Assembly (NCBI RefSeq): GCF_027347335.1
Contig: NZ_DAIEQX010000066.1
Origin: Hydrotalea sp.
GTDB lineage: Bacteria > Bacteroidota > Bacteroidia > Chitinophagales > Chitinophagaceae
Direction: 5' to 3' (one strand)
Length of the DNA stretch: 64,000 bases
Part shown: piece by piece, positions 52,830 to 61,739 of the stretch
Layout: every line of letters starts with the position of its first letter
Numbering within the stretch: position 1 is the first letter of the stretch
Translations under genes and position numbers: made by a program
Notes under the pieces: generated by a model
Told to the model about the DNA's origin: nothing
Databases searched by the model: none
The model's input: only the letters and a program-made list of their open reading frames with translations

Positions 52830-54128
52830 TTAAGGTATCAACACAATCACAACATCCATTACATTGGTTTGTGTTGGGCCTGTTTTAATTAATCCGTTCA
52901 CTTTTTCAAAAAAATGATACGCATCGTTATTTTCTAAATAGGCTTTTGCATCTACACCTAATTGCCGGGCCAGTTGCATTTGCTCTACATTGGTAAAAGC
53001 ACCTGCAGCATCGGTGGGGCCATCCGTTCCATCAGTTCCTGCCGCTACAATTTGCAAAGAGGCATGTTCGGGCAACGCCAATGCAGCAGCCAATGCTAAC
53101 TCCTGATTGCGCCCACCTAAGCCATTACCATGAATGATAACCGTAGTTTCACCGCCAAACAATAAACAAGCCGGATGCAGACCGTTATACGCTAATGCTT
53201 GTTGCACAATAGCCACCCCTGCCTCTTTTGCCTCGCCGCTGAGCTGTTTTGAAACAATGATGGCATGATAGCCCAACTTTTCTGCTGCTTGTTTAGCCGA
53301 CTGTAATGCCATACCGTTATTTCCCAGCAAATAGTAATTCGTTTTTTGAAAACATGCATCATGTATTTTCGGCGTTTCTGCCATTACATCATTCAGGCCT
53401 TTCTGCAAATATTGATGTACCGATAAAGGAATACGTTGTTGCAAGCTGTATTGCTGTACAATAGTCCATGCATCCAAAAAAGTAGAAGAATCAGGAACAG
53501 TGGGCCCTGAACCAATTACGGAAGGGTCATCGCCCATTACATCAGAAATAGCCAGTGTAATTATCCTTGCAGGCATCAGTAATTGGGCTAATTGTCCGCC
53601 TTTTATCTTACTCAGGTGTTTGCGCAATGTATTCATTTCATGAATATTTGCACCTGAATTTAATAATAATTGAAAAGTTTGCTGTAGTTCGGATAAAGTA
53701 ATGCAACCCGGTGTATCAGCTACCAAGGACGAGGCGCCGCCTGATAACAACAAAATAATAATATCATTTTCAGATAGTTGCGCAGAAAAATCAATAATGG
53801 CTTTACCGGCTATTACACTTTGTGTATCAGGTATAGGATGTCCGGCTTCTATTATTTGTAATGATTGTAACGGCAATCCATGTCCGTACTTTGTCACCAC
53901 AATTCCACCTGAAATTTGATTACCCAATATTTTTTCAACAGCAACAGCCATTGCGGCGGCGGCTTTACCAACTGCTAATACATATATTTTGCCATTGGGT
54001 TGTATAGCATACTGGTGTTTGTTCACAAATAACAAGCCTTGTTTAAACTTTAAACAGTTCTGAACTAATGTAGCAGGCTGAACCGCATCAATGGCCTGGT
54101 GAAGTATATATAAGGCATTTTGCATCAA
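52830..54128 (-). CDS. Glycerate 2-kinase (DUF4147 + MOFRL family)
   Basis: VLAVGKAAAAMA, LLSGGASSL and the C-terminal MOFRL pattern (GTDGTDGPTDAAGA, TGPTQTNVMDV). Confidence 0.8.
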   Translation of the reverse strand: MMQNALYILHQAIDAVQPATLVQNCLKFKQGLLFVNKHQYAIQPNGKIYVLAVGKAAAAMAVAVEKILGNQISGGIVVTKYGHGLPLQSLQIIEAGHPIPDTQSVIAGKAIIDFSAQLSENDIIILLLSGGASSLVADTPGCITLSELQQTFQLLLNSGANIHEMNTLRKHLSKIKGGQLAQLLMPARIITLAISDVMGDDPSVIGSGPTVPDSSTFLDAWTIVQQYSLQQRIPLSVHQYLQKGLNDVMAETPKIHDACFQKTNYYLLGNNGMALQSAKQAAEKLGYHAIIVSKQLSGEAKEAGVAIVQQALAYNGLHPACLLFGGETTVIIHGNGLGGRNQELALAAALALPEHASLQIVAAGTDGTDGPTDAAGAFTNVEQMQLARQLGVDAKAYLENNDAYHFFEKVNGLIKTGPTQTNVMDVVIVLIP

Positions 54129-54207
54129 ATTGAATCCATGTTAGGAAACTTGAATAACAAGCGGTTCGGTAAATTGACATTTTTTATAGCCGCCGATTAT
54201 TCATTTT

Positions 54208-55491
54208 CTAATTTTTTAACGACGCATATATTATATCCTGCACTTTTTGCATCATATCGGCATGGTTGTTAGGTGTTTGCTGTGTCATAATAATACCAAT
54301 TAAATGTGCTTTCGGATCGGCCCAATAGGCAGAACCCCAAAAACCTCCCCACGCAAAACTGCCATTATTCCTGGGGCCATGGGCAGCACCTTTCGTTGAA
54401 ACAATTTCAAAACCTAATCCAAAATCATTTTCACCATTAAAGCTAAAATTCAATTGGTTACTCGTCATCATTTCTACTGTTCGGGGCGACAGCAATATAT
54501 GACCGTTGTACGTACCGCCATTCAATAACATCTGTAAAAATGCAGCATAGTCCATAGCTGTTGAGGTAAGATCAGCACCGCCTGAAAAATACATTTTCTT
54601 TTCTAACGGATAATTGGGATCAACGCCTAACATAGATTTTTCCCAAAGTACAACATTGTGCAAAGAATCTTCCGTATATACAGTTGCCAGTCGGGTAGCT
54701 TTTTCTTCCGGCACATTAAAATAAGTGTCCTTCATGCCAACGGGTTCAAAAATGTTTTTACGGCAATACTCATTTAATGGCTCACCGCTAATTACTTCAA
54801 TCAAACAGCCCAATAAATCATAATTCAATCCATAGTTCCATTTTTCTCCCGGCTGATGTACCAATGGCAATTTTGCCAATACATTCATGGCATCTAATAA
54901 AGTTTCACCTTTCTTTGCCAAACCAAAACCGGGTATAATCCCTGCTTTTGCATAAATGGCTTTCATGGCTGCGCTACCTATTCCCGGATAATCTAAGCCT
55001 GAAGTATGGGTTAATAAATCGCGAATGGTGATGGCTTTTTTGGCAGGTTCCGTTGTATACGTAGTATCGTTTTCATGGAAAGATTTTAAAACAGTCATGT
55101 TTTTGTAGGCAGGAATAAAATCACTTACCGGTTCATCTAACAACAACTTTCCCTGTTCATACAACTGCATAATACTTACTGCAGTAATGGCTTTGGTTTG
55201 TGAGGCTATTCGAAACAAGCTGTTACGCTGCATTAATTTTTTTGCAGCCGCATCTGCATAGCCATAGGCTTTGTATTGTACTACCTGATTATCTTTAACG
55301 ACTAATGTAACTGCACCGTTTAACCAATGGTGGTTTATATAATTCTGTATTAAACCATCTATTCCTGCCATTCTTTCTTCATTAACAGATAGATTTTTCC
55401 CGGTTGTTTGAATTACCTGAGCATGGGGTAGCAAAGGAAACAGGAACAGCAGGCATAACATTTTTCTGGAGGTAGCCAATAGCGTTTGCAT
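54208..55491 (-). CDS. Secreted serine hydrolase (beta-lactamase / class C PBP family)
   Basis: Signal peptide, SQTK nucleophile motif (FRIASQTKAIT), and the YGLNYD (YxN-type) motif. Confidence 0.8.
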   Translation of the reverse strand: MQTLLATSRKMLCLLFLFPLLPHAQVIQTTGKNLSVNEERMAGIDGLIQNYINHHWLNGAVTLVVKDNQVVQYKAYGYADAAAKKLMQRNSLFRIASQTKAITAVSIMQLYEQGKLLLDEPVSDFIPAYKNMTVLKSFHENDTTYTTEPAKKAITIRDLLTHTSGLDYPGIGSAAMKAIYAKAGIIPGFGLAKKGETLLDAMNVLAKLPLVHQPGEKWNYGLNYDLLGCLIEVISGEPLNEYCRKNIFEPVGMKDTYFNVPEEKATRLATVYTEDSLHNVVLWEKSMLGVDPNYPLEKKMYFSGGADLTSTAMDYAAFLQMLLNGGTYNGHILLSPRTVEMMTSNQLNFSFNGENDFGLGFEIVSTKGAAHGPRNNGSFAWGGFWGSAYWADPKAHLIGIIMTQQTPNNHADMMQKVQDIIYASLKN

Positions 55492-55719
55492 GGTAAATAA
55501 TTTAGCGTGATTAAATATAATACATAACCGGGAATTTTTATACCGTTGTATAAAAAAATTTGATTATTTTTTAGCCGCCAATTGCTTTTGCCGATAATAC
55601 CATTTTAATGCTTTTATATTGCTACCGCAAGAGTGGATTCTGATGCATGCTATTTTAATTTTCCATTGCTGAATCAACATCTAAAATAATCGCGATTAGC
55701 AAACCAATCACGAAGTTTA

Positions 55720-56139
55720 AGTAATTACTTTTTCTTCCGCATATTTTTTAAAATTGTTTAAAATGGCCTGTCATCCCTGTTGCTGCATTTCAACCGGGTT
55801 TTCTGCTTCGGGTTCAAAACTTACTATTACTTCAGTTTAGTTAGCTATGCTGTTAAATTCAACAGTTGCCTCCCGTCCGCCAAATGTGTAAGCAAATTTT
55901 TCCCCTTTTGTTACATCTGTATAAATCGCTTCAAAGTCAAAACCAAAACTACTGTCTTTGGCCTCCATCCGGGCAAAATATTTTCCTCCTACCCGCATAT
56001 CGTTGGAGGCAGCAGGACAATGCCAGGAGGAGTCTGCAAAGTTCCATTGGGTAATATGTTCGGGATGGGTGTAGTATTCCCATACGTTTTTGCTGTTAAC
56101 CAAAACGGTTGCCTTGACTGTAATTTTATTAGAGGCCAT
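55720..56139 (-). pseudogene. SRPBCC / AHSA1-domain protein interrupted by two in-frame stops
   Basis: Reads ...FGGREATVEFNSIAN-TAA(55837..55839)-TEVIVSFEPEAENPVEMQQQG-TGA(55771..55773)-QAILNNFKKYAEEK. There is no frameshift. The TGA sits where the family has the conserved Trp of G-W-QAIL. Confidence 0.8.
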
Positions 56140-56145
56140 ATTGTA

Positions 56146-56532
56146 TTATTTAAGTCGTTCAAGTTGTCCTTTTCGTTTTACCAGGTTTTTATAATCCCAT
56201 TGAATGGCTCTGGATTTTTTCAACCAGCATTTTAAATCATTAAGGTTAATTTCCGAAACAGCTTTCTAACATATAGAGGCGTCTTTAAATTTTCCGCCTC
56301 TTGTACTTAAATTTTTCTCTTCAAAATCTGCACCACTCCAAAACATCAGCCTTATCCCTGCTTTTTGTTTGCTGTAACCAACAATTGGATTACCTTCTAA
56401 AAACCGAACGGGGTGGGCATGCCAAATTTTACTTTCTGCATCAGGCAATTCATTATCAATGATTGTAGCGAGAAGATGAAAAATTTCTTTGCCGACAGTA
56501 ATTTATTGTTTATTATAAATATTTATTTTCAT
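56146..56532 (-). pseudogene. DUF1801-domain protein interrupted by two in-frame stops
   Basis: Reads MKINIYNKQ-TAA(56503..56505)-ITVGKEIFHLLATIIDNELPDAESKIWHAHPVRFLEGNPIVGY...GGKFKDASIC-TAG(56266..56268)-KAVSEINLNDLKCWLKKSRAIQWDYKNLVKRKGQLERLK*. The frame is conserved throughout. Confidence 0.75.
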
Positions 56533-56656
56533 TTGTTTATCATACAGCATGCAATTTCGTAAAAGTGATTACAAATTTTGGAAGCCCTTTATTGGTAGTC
56601 GTTTTTCTATTCAAAGTACTCTTCCTGATAAGTGCAGTAATGTATTGCAGCATCTT

Positions 56657-57256
56657 TCAGAGTCTGCTTACATCAGCTAATCCCTTTCCATTCAAAATTT
56701 GTGGAATGTATTTTTCAACTCTGGCGGTGCGTGTGGCTGATTGTTTGGCTTGGGCAAAATAAAACAGATACTGCCGTTGCCTGCCGGGTGTTAATGCATT
56801 GAACGCTTTTTTTAATGCCGGATTATTTTGGAGTTGTAGTTCAAATTCTTCCGGAACCGCATAATCGGCAATGGTTTTGTGTTGCACTTTCTTTCCGGCT
56901 TTTTCCACTTCAATAGCGTTATGGATATATTTTTTTAAAACAGGCGCCAGCTGTTTAATTTCCTGCACATGGGTAAACCGTATTTGGCGTGGCGATTGAA
57001 CGTTCGGGGTTTGTTGAATGAGTATTCCATGCAGATCATTGAGTAAAGCGCCCTTAAACAACAACAAAGCGCAATAGTTTTTAAAACCATGTATTAAAAC
57101 AATATTTTTTTGCTGATAAGTGTAACAGGGACAACCCCATTTCAATGTTTCAGTTAGGTTGCAGTCAAGTATTATTTTTCTTAATTGAATAAATTCCTCC
57201 TGCCATTTTTGGGCATGGGTAAAAAAGGGATCAATGGAAGAATTAGCGGGATTCAT
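56657..57256 (-). CDS. DUF1801 + YdeI/OmpD-associated family protein
   Basis: N-terminal DUF1801-like region (LKWGCPCYTYQQKNIVLIHGFKNYCALLFFKG) and a C-terminal YdeI pattern (TPGRQRQYLFYFAQAKQSATRTARVEK). Confidence 0.65.
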   Translation of the reverse strand: MNPANSSIDPFFTHAQKWQEEFIQLRKIILDCNLTETLKWGCPCYTYQQKNIVLIHGFKNYCALLLFKGALLNDLHGILIQQTPNVQSPRQIRFTHVQEIKQLAPVLKKYIHNAIEVEKAGKKVQHKTIADYAVPEEFELQLQNNPALKKAFNALTPGRQRQYLFYFAQAKQSATRTARVEKYIPQILNGKGLADVSRL

Positions 57257-57467
57257 ATAACAAATATTTACAATGATAAATTTAAAATAAAAGTATGAAA
57301 ATGAAATTAATTAAACCGTAGTTGCACGCTTCATTAGCTATAATTTAATTTTAACAGACTACTTATTTCAATTAATGTCAATAATTTCTTTTTTTCAAGA
57401 AAGAATTATTGAAAAATAAACAAATAATTTTTTTATTTATATATAAATATGTCTTTAATACGTTTTA

Positions 57468-57502
57468 CAGGTAAATGTAACTTTTCGTTTCTTATCCAGG
57501 TA
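57468..57502. repeat. Distal copies of the CAGGTA motif
   Basis: CAGGTAAATGTAAC at 57468..57481 matches 58862..58875 at 13 of 14 positions. A second CAGGTA lies at 57497..57502. Confidence 0.6.
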
Positions 57503-57659
57503 GCTAAAAATTGTAGATAAGAAAACTTCGAAATCAATCTTTTCAATTTTTCTGGGAAGATAAAGATCTGACTCGTCCTAAAAAAGTTGACACTATTGGA
57601 TACTTTTATTCCGTCATTTGTTTATATTTTAATATGCACCTCATTGCCTTTTTTTCCGG

Positions 57660-58046
57660 CTACCCCTCTTTTCTTTTCACCAATAAATACCAGTTGTTTT
57701 CTAAGGGTAAATAACCGTAATCGTAGCAAAAAAAATAGGTATCGCCTTTTTTGTTGGTATAGGTATGGGTGTGGTAGGTAAACAAAAAACCTTTTTGTAC
57801 TAATTTTTCCTGAGGTAGTTTAAGCATACCCAATTCATCCGGAAGCAGTTCTTCCAATATTTTCCGGTTCTTCAGCAGGCTATTATTGATGTTGCGTACA
57901 TAACTGCTGTAATGGCTTTTGGCCTTTATTTCATTGTTATACGTGTTGCGGCAGGCATCATCACAAAATTTTTTATCGGCCCGGCCTTTTACCGGCTTCC
58001 CACAACACAAACAGATTTTTACGGGAGTGGATAACGACATCAGCAA
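57660..58046 (-). CDS. Hypothetical protein with an N-terminal Zn-ribbon (CxxC...FCxxxC)
   Basis: 128 aa; ICLCCGKPVKGRADKKFCDDACRNTYNN. Conserved-hypothetical type; function unknown. Confidence 0.6.
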   Translation of the reverse strand: MLMSLSTPVKICLCCGKPVKGRADKKFCDDACRNTYNNEIKAKSHYSSYVRNINNSLLKNRKILEELLPDELGMLKLPQEKLVQKGFLFTYHTHTYTNKKGDTYFFCYDYGYLPLENNWYLLVKRKEG

Positions 58047-58255
58047 AGGATTTTAGGCTACAATATAGCGAATTTTTATCTGTGTGCAAACGTTTAAACA
58101 CATTTATATCCGATTAGAAACAATTAAAAACCGACTCCGGTTTTCCGGCTTTTTCAATTTTGTGTTGTTGAAGCGGGAATGACGTCGGCCCGGCTTAAAT
58201 AGAAATAAACAAAATTCATCATCGCTGTAACCAACACAGCACAAATTGTAAAACT

Positions 58256-58606
58256 ATGTACGCTTTAAAAAACAAAGTTCAGTTAATCGGAAACCTGGGT
58301 AATGCACCGGAAGTTAAAAATTTAGACGGCGGTAAAAAAATGGCCCGGTTTAGTATTGCAACCAACGAAACCTATCGGAACATGAAAGGAGAAAAAGTAA
58401 CCGACACCCAATGGCACAATATAGTGGCCTGGGGTAAGGTAGCCGAAATTGCCGAAAAATATTTGCAAAAAGGCAGTGAGGTGGCGCTGGAAGGTAAATT
58501 AGTATCTCGTTCATATAACGACAAAGAGGGAAATAAAAAATACATTACCGAAGTGCAGGTAAATGAAATATTGATGTTGGGGGAAAAGCATGGGGCTAAA
58601 GCCTAA
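58256..58606 (+). CDS. ssb: Single-stranded DNA-binding protein, short form without the acidic C-terminal tip
   Basis: OB-fold SSB pattern (NKVQLIGNLGNAPEV...ARFSIATNE...TQWHNIVAWGKVAE...VALEGKLVSRSY). Ends ...LGEKHGAKA rather than D-D-D-(I/L)-P-F. Confidence 0.85.
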   Translation: MYALKNKVQLIGNLGNAPEVKNLDGGKKMARFSIATNETYRNMKGEKVTDTQWHNIVAWGKVAEIAEKYLQKGSEVALEGKLVSRSYNDKEGNKKYITEVQVNEILMLGEKHGAKA

Positions 58607-58631
58607 TGCAGGCTTCGGTTAGGGAAACTAA

Positions 58632-58661
58632 GCAGGGAAAGTACATCTATCCTTTCCCTGC
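58632..58661 (+). terminator. Perfect 10-bp hairpin after ssb, with no U-tract
   Basis: GCAGGGAAAG (58632..58641) pairs with CTTTCCCTGC (58652..58661) around a 10-nt loop. Confidence 0.45.
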
Positions 58662-58861
58662 AACTACCCGAACCAATAATTGTATGGAATGCTATGAGTA
58701 AAAATTACCGGCATTTTTAATCAGGCTTCAGTAGTCCCAATATGGCTGATTGCCATCAAACCGCCCAAATTTATGTTTACCGTGTAATAAGGCAGGTCTA
58801 CAACAAGCATCAGAACAGAAGGGGTTTGCTATTAGGTGTTGAATGTTGCGGCTACTTTTAT

Positions 58862-59030
58862 CAGGTACATGTAACAGGTATAATTACTCAGTAAAAATTG
58901 CTGGTAAATTTATTAATTAAAACACCTGTTATTTGTAACAGATAAAATCACATATTAAATGTAGCAGGTAAAAATATTATATAAAAAAAGCAGGTAAAAT
59001 TAGGCAGGATATGTACCGGGTAAAATACCG
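58862..59030. repeat. Array of CAGGTA(AAA) motifs in the 530-bp non-coding region upstream of the helicase gene
   Basis: Exact CAGGTA at 58862, 58875, 58965 and 58991. GCAGGTAAAA occurs twice (58964..58973 and 58990..58999, 26 bp apart). Variants: CTGGTAAA at 58901, CAGGAT at 59005, CGGGTAAAA at 59017. TACCGG occurs twice (59014 and 59025). Confidence 0.7.
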
Positions 59031-59137
59031 GATATAAGTATCAACTATTTGATAACAAATTGCATTTTCCATTCTTGCAACAATAGCTTCCAACTTCGTT
59101 TTGTCAACAAATTGTATCCAATTATCTTTATTCCCCC

Positions 59138-61681
59138 ATGGTAACAGATACTTCCAATCCGGCCTTTCAATTAGCGGCCGATTTTATTCAATATACCAAC
59201 CGTTCTGTTTTTTTAACAGGCAAAGCAGGTACGGGTAAAACTACTTTTTTAAAATATATAAAAGAATACTCGCTTAAACAATTAGCGGTGGTTGCACCAA
59301 CCGGTGTGGCCGCCATTAATGCCGGCGGCGTTACCATCCATTCTTTTTTTCAATTACCCTTTAGCCCATTTATTCCTGAAACCAATACAAAAAATTATTT
59401 TCAAGGAGAAAATAATAATACTTCGCCGGAAATGATGGACCGCCATTATTTATTAGGCCGGATCAAACTAAATTCAGAAAGAAGAAATATTTTAAACGAA
59501 CTGGAGCTGCTCATTATTGATGAAATTAGCATGGTTCGGGCCGATATACTCGATTCCATTGATACTGTATTACGTCATTTTAGAAAAAGACATCAGGAAC
59601 CATTTGGCGGCGTTCAACTTTTATTCATTGGAGATATATATCAACTACCGCCTGTTGCTAAACAGGAAGAATGGCAAATCTTATCGGAATATTATGAGAG
59701 TCCTTATTTTTTTAGTAGCAGGGTTATTCAGGCTGCGCCTCCTGCCTACATTGAATTAGAAAAAATATACCGGCAAAAAGATGCTGATTTTATTGAACTA
59801 TTAAACCAAATCCGCAATAATTGTTTAACCAATAACGGATATGCATTGCTGCATGAACGCTATCGGCCCAGTTTCCAAAGCGCCGATACAAAAGAGTATA
59901 TCATGTTAACTACCCATAACGAAAAAGCAGATTTGATTAATACACAACAATTAAGTAAACTACCTACCCCTTTATGCAACTTTCAAGCCGATATTGAACC
60001 CGATTTTCCTGAAAAAAACTATCCTGCCGATGTGGCATTGCAATTAAAAGAGGGGGCACAGGTAATGTTTATTAAAAACGATGGCGATAAAGCCAAACGA
60101 TATTTCAACGGCAAAATTGGCATTATTGAAAAAATAGAAGCAGGTAAAATTTTTGTTCGTTGTACCCATGAACCCGATTTAATTGAAGTGAAAAAACACC
60201 GATGGGAACATATTCGCTATGTACACAATGCCCAAAAACAACAAATTGAAGAAGAAGCAGCCGGCTCATTTACCCAATATCCGTTGCGTTTAGCCTGGGC
60301 TATTACCATCCATAAAAGCCAGGGCCTTACTTTTGAAAAAGCCATTATTGATGCCGGTGCTGCTTTTGCCCCGGGACAGGTGTATGTAGCATTAAGCCGA
60401 TGCACCAACCTGCAAGGCATTGTGCTGCATAGCCGAATTACCACCAACAGTTTACATACCGATCAGCGTATTGTTCATTTTGCTTTGAGCTGTAAAACAG
60501 AAGCTTTGCCACACACCCTGTTACAATCCCAAAAACTTTTTCAACAAAAAACAATCTGCGCCATATTTCAATTTGAAAAGATCGCTGATACCTGCTCGGA
60601 ATTATCACATTTAATTGCAGCACATCAAACAACTTTCAGTGATAATGCCTTCGGTTTTATACAAAATATCGGAGAGAAGATGGACGCCTTGATAGAAGTT
60701 AGTAAAAAATTTAATCTGCAATTATTACAATTTTTTCAGGAAGATGTATTGCCGGAAACGATTCCTGCTTTACAAACAAGAATACAGCAGGCTGCGGTGT
60801 ATTTTGACAAAGAAATTGGAAAGTTGCTGCAATTTATTGAAACATCACCGGTTAGCACCGACAGCAAATTGCAAGCTCTGCATTACAATGAATTAATGAA
60901 AGATTTATATGTACAATTGGCACAACAGCAATATCAATTACAATTGTGTAGTAATGGGTTTTTTGTGGATGAATTTTTACAAAAGAAAAATAAGTTTACC
61001 GCTCCTTTCTTCTCCATCAATGCTTATGCAACGGCAACAGAAAATCCGCATAAAGTAATACCCAATGCAGGTTTGTATAAATTATTAAAAGCACAACGTG
61101 ATAGCCTTTGCGAAAGCAAAAATCTACCCATTTATATGGTTGCCGGCAGCAATAGTTTGTATGAAATGTCGCAATACCTTCCGCAAACGCTGAGTAATTT
61201 AAAAAAAATCAGCGGATTTGGCAATGTTAAAGCCGAACAATTTGGCATGCTGTTTTTAGATATTATTCAACGCTATTGTAATGAACATGATTTGCCCTCA
61301 AAGATGCACCAGTTGAAAGAGAAAAAGGAAAGAAAAGAAAAAACACCCAAAGCAGCAAAACCCGATACCAAACTGATTAGTTTTGAAATGTATCAATCAG
61401 GAATAAGCATATCAGCAATTGCCAAAGAACGGCAACTTACTACACAAACCATTCAAACCCATTTGGCACATTATGTTGAAGAAGGCCAATTACCTGTTAC
61501 CGATTTCCTTCCCGAACAAAAATTAAATAGCCTATTACCGTTAATAGCAGAAGAAGGAATAGGAAAAGGAATGACTCCTATCAAACAACGGGTAAATGCC
61601 GATATCAGCTTTGCCGACATTAGAATGGCTATTGCCTGGAAAACTTTTTTGGAAAAACAAGCCGCCCTGCCACCAAAATAA
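59138..61681 (+). CDS. Pif1/RecD-like SF1B helicase with C-terminal HRDC and HTH domains
   Basis: Walker A GKAGTGKTT, LIIDEISMV, helicase motifs through AITIHKSQGLTF and VALSRC. HRDC-like LYKLLKAQRDSLCESKNLPIYMVAGSNSLYEMSQYLPQTLSNLKKISGFG. HTH ISAIAKERQLTTQTIQTHLAHYVEEG. Confidence 0.85.
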   Translation: MVTDTSNPAFQLAADFIQYTNRSVFLTGKAGTGKTTFLKYIKEYSLKQLAVVAPTGVAAINAGGVTIHSFFQLPFSPFIPETNTKNYFQGENNNTSPEMMDRHYLLGRIKLNSERRNILNELELLIIDEISMVRADILDSIDTVLRHFRKRHQEPFGGVQLLFIGDIYQLPPVAKQEEWQILSEYYESPYFFSSRVIQAAPPAYIELEKIYRQKDADFIELLNQIRNNCLTNNGYALLHERYRPSFQSADTKEYIMLTTHNEKADLINTQQLSKLPTPLCNFQADIEPDFPEKNYPADVALQLKEGAQVMFIKNDGDKAKRYFNGKIGIIEKIEAGKIFVRCTHEPDLIEVKKHRWEHIRYVHNAQKQQIEEEAAGSFTQYPLRLAWAITIHKSQGLTFEKAIIDAGAAFAPGQVYVALSRCTNLQGIVLHSRITTNSLHTDQRIVHFALSCKTEALPHTLLQSQKLFQQKTICAIFQFEKIADTCSELSHLIAAHQTTFSDNAFGFIQNIGEKMDALIEVSKKFNLQLLQFFQEDVLPETIPALQTRIQQAAVYFDKEIGKLLQFIETSPVSTDSKLQALHYNELMKDLYVQLAQQQYQLQLCSNGFFVDEFLQKKNKFTAPFFSINAYATATENPHKVIPNAGLYKLLKAQRDSLCESKNLPIYMVAGSNSLYEMSQYLPQTLSNLKKISGFGNVKAEQFGMLFLDIIQRYCNEHDLPSKMHQLKEKKERKEKTPKAAKPDTKLISFEMYQSGISISAIAKERQLTTQTIQTHLAHYVEEGQLPVTDFLPEQKLNSLLPLIAEEGIGKGMTPIKQRVNADISFADIRMAIAWKTFLEKQAALPPK

Positions 61682-61739
61682 TAGTGTCATCATCCATTAA
61701 CACAAATGCCCACACGTTATTATTTTAAACGTTATTGGG

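Noticed and set aside
55780-56235. 151-aa plus-strand ORF spanning the SRPBCC/DUF1801 region.
   Set aside because: It is antisense to two colinear, family-recognisable (though stop-interrupted) genes, and its sequence is Phe/Cys-rich nonsense.
58128-58150. 7-bp hairpin AAAACCG-ACTC-CGGTTTT in the divergent Zn-ribbon/ssb promoter region, considered as a terminator or attenuator.
   Set aside because: It is not downstream of any gene on either strand and has a short stem. The evidence is insufficient for a call.
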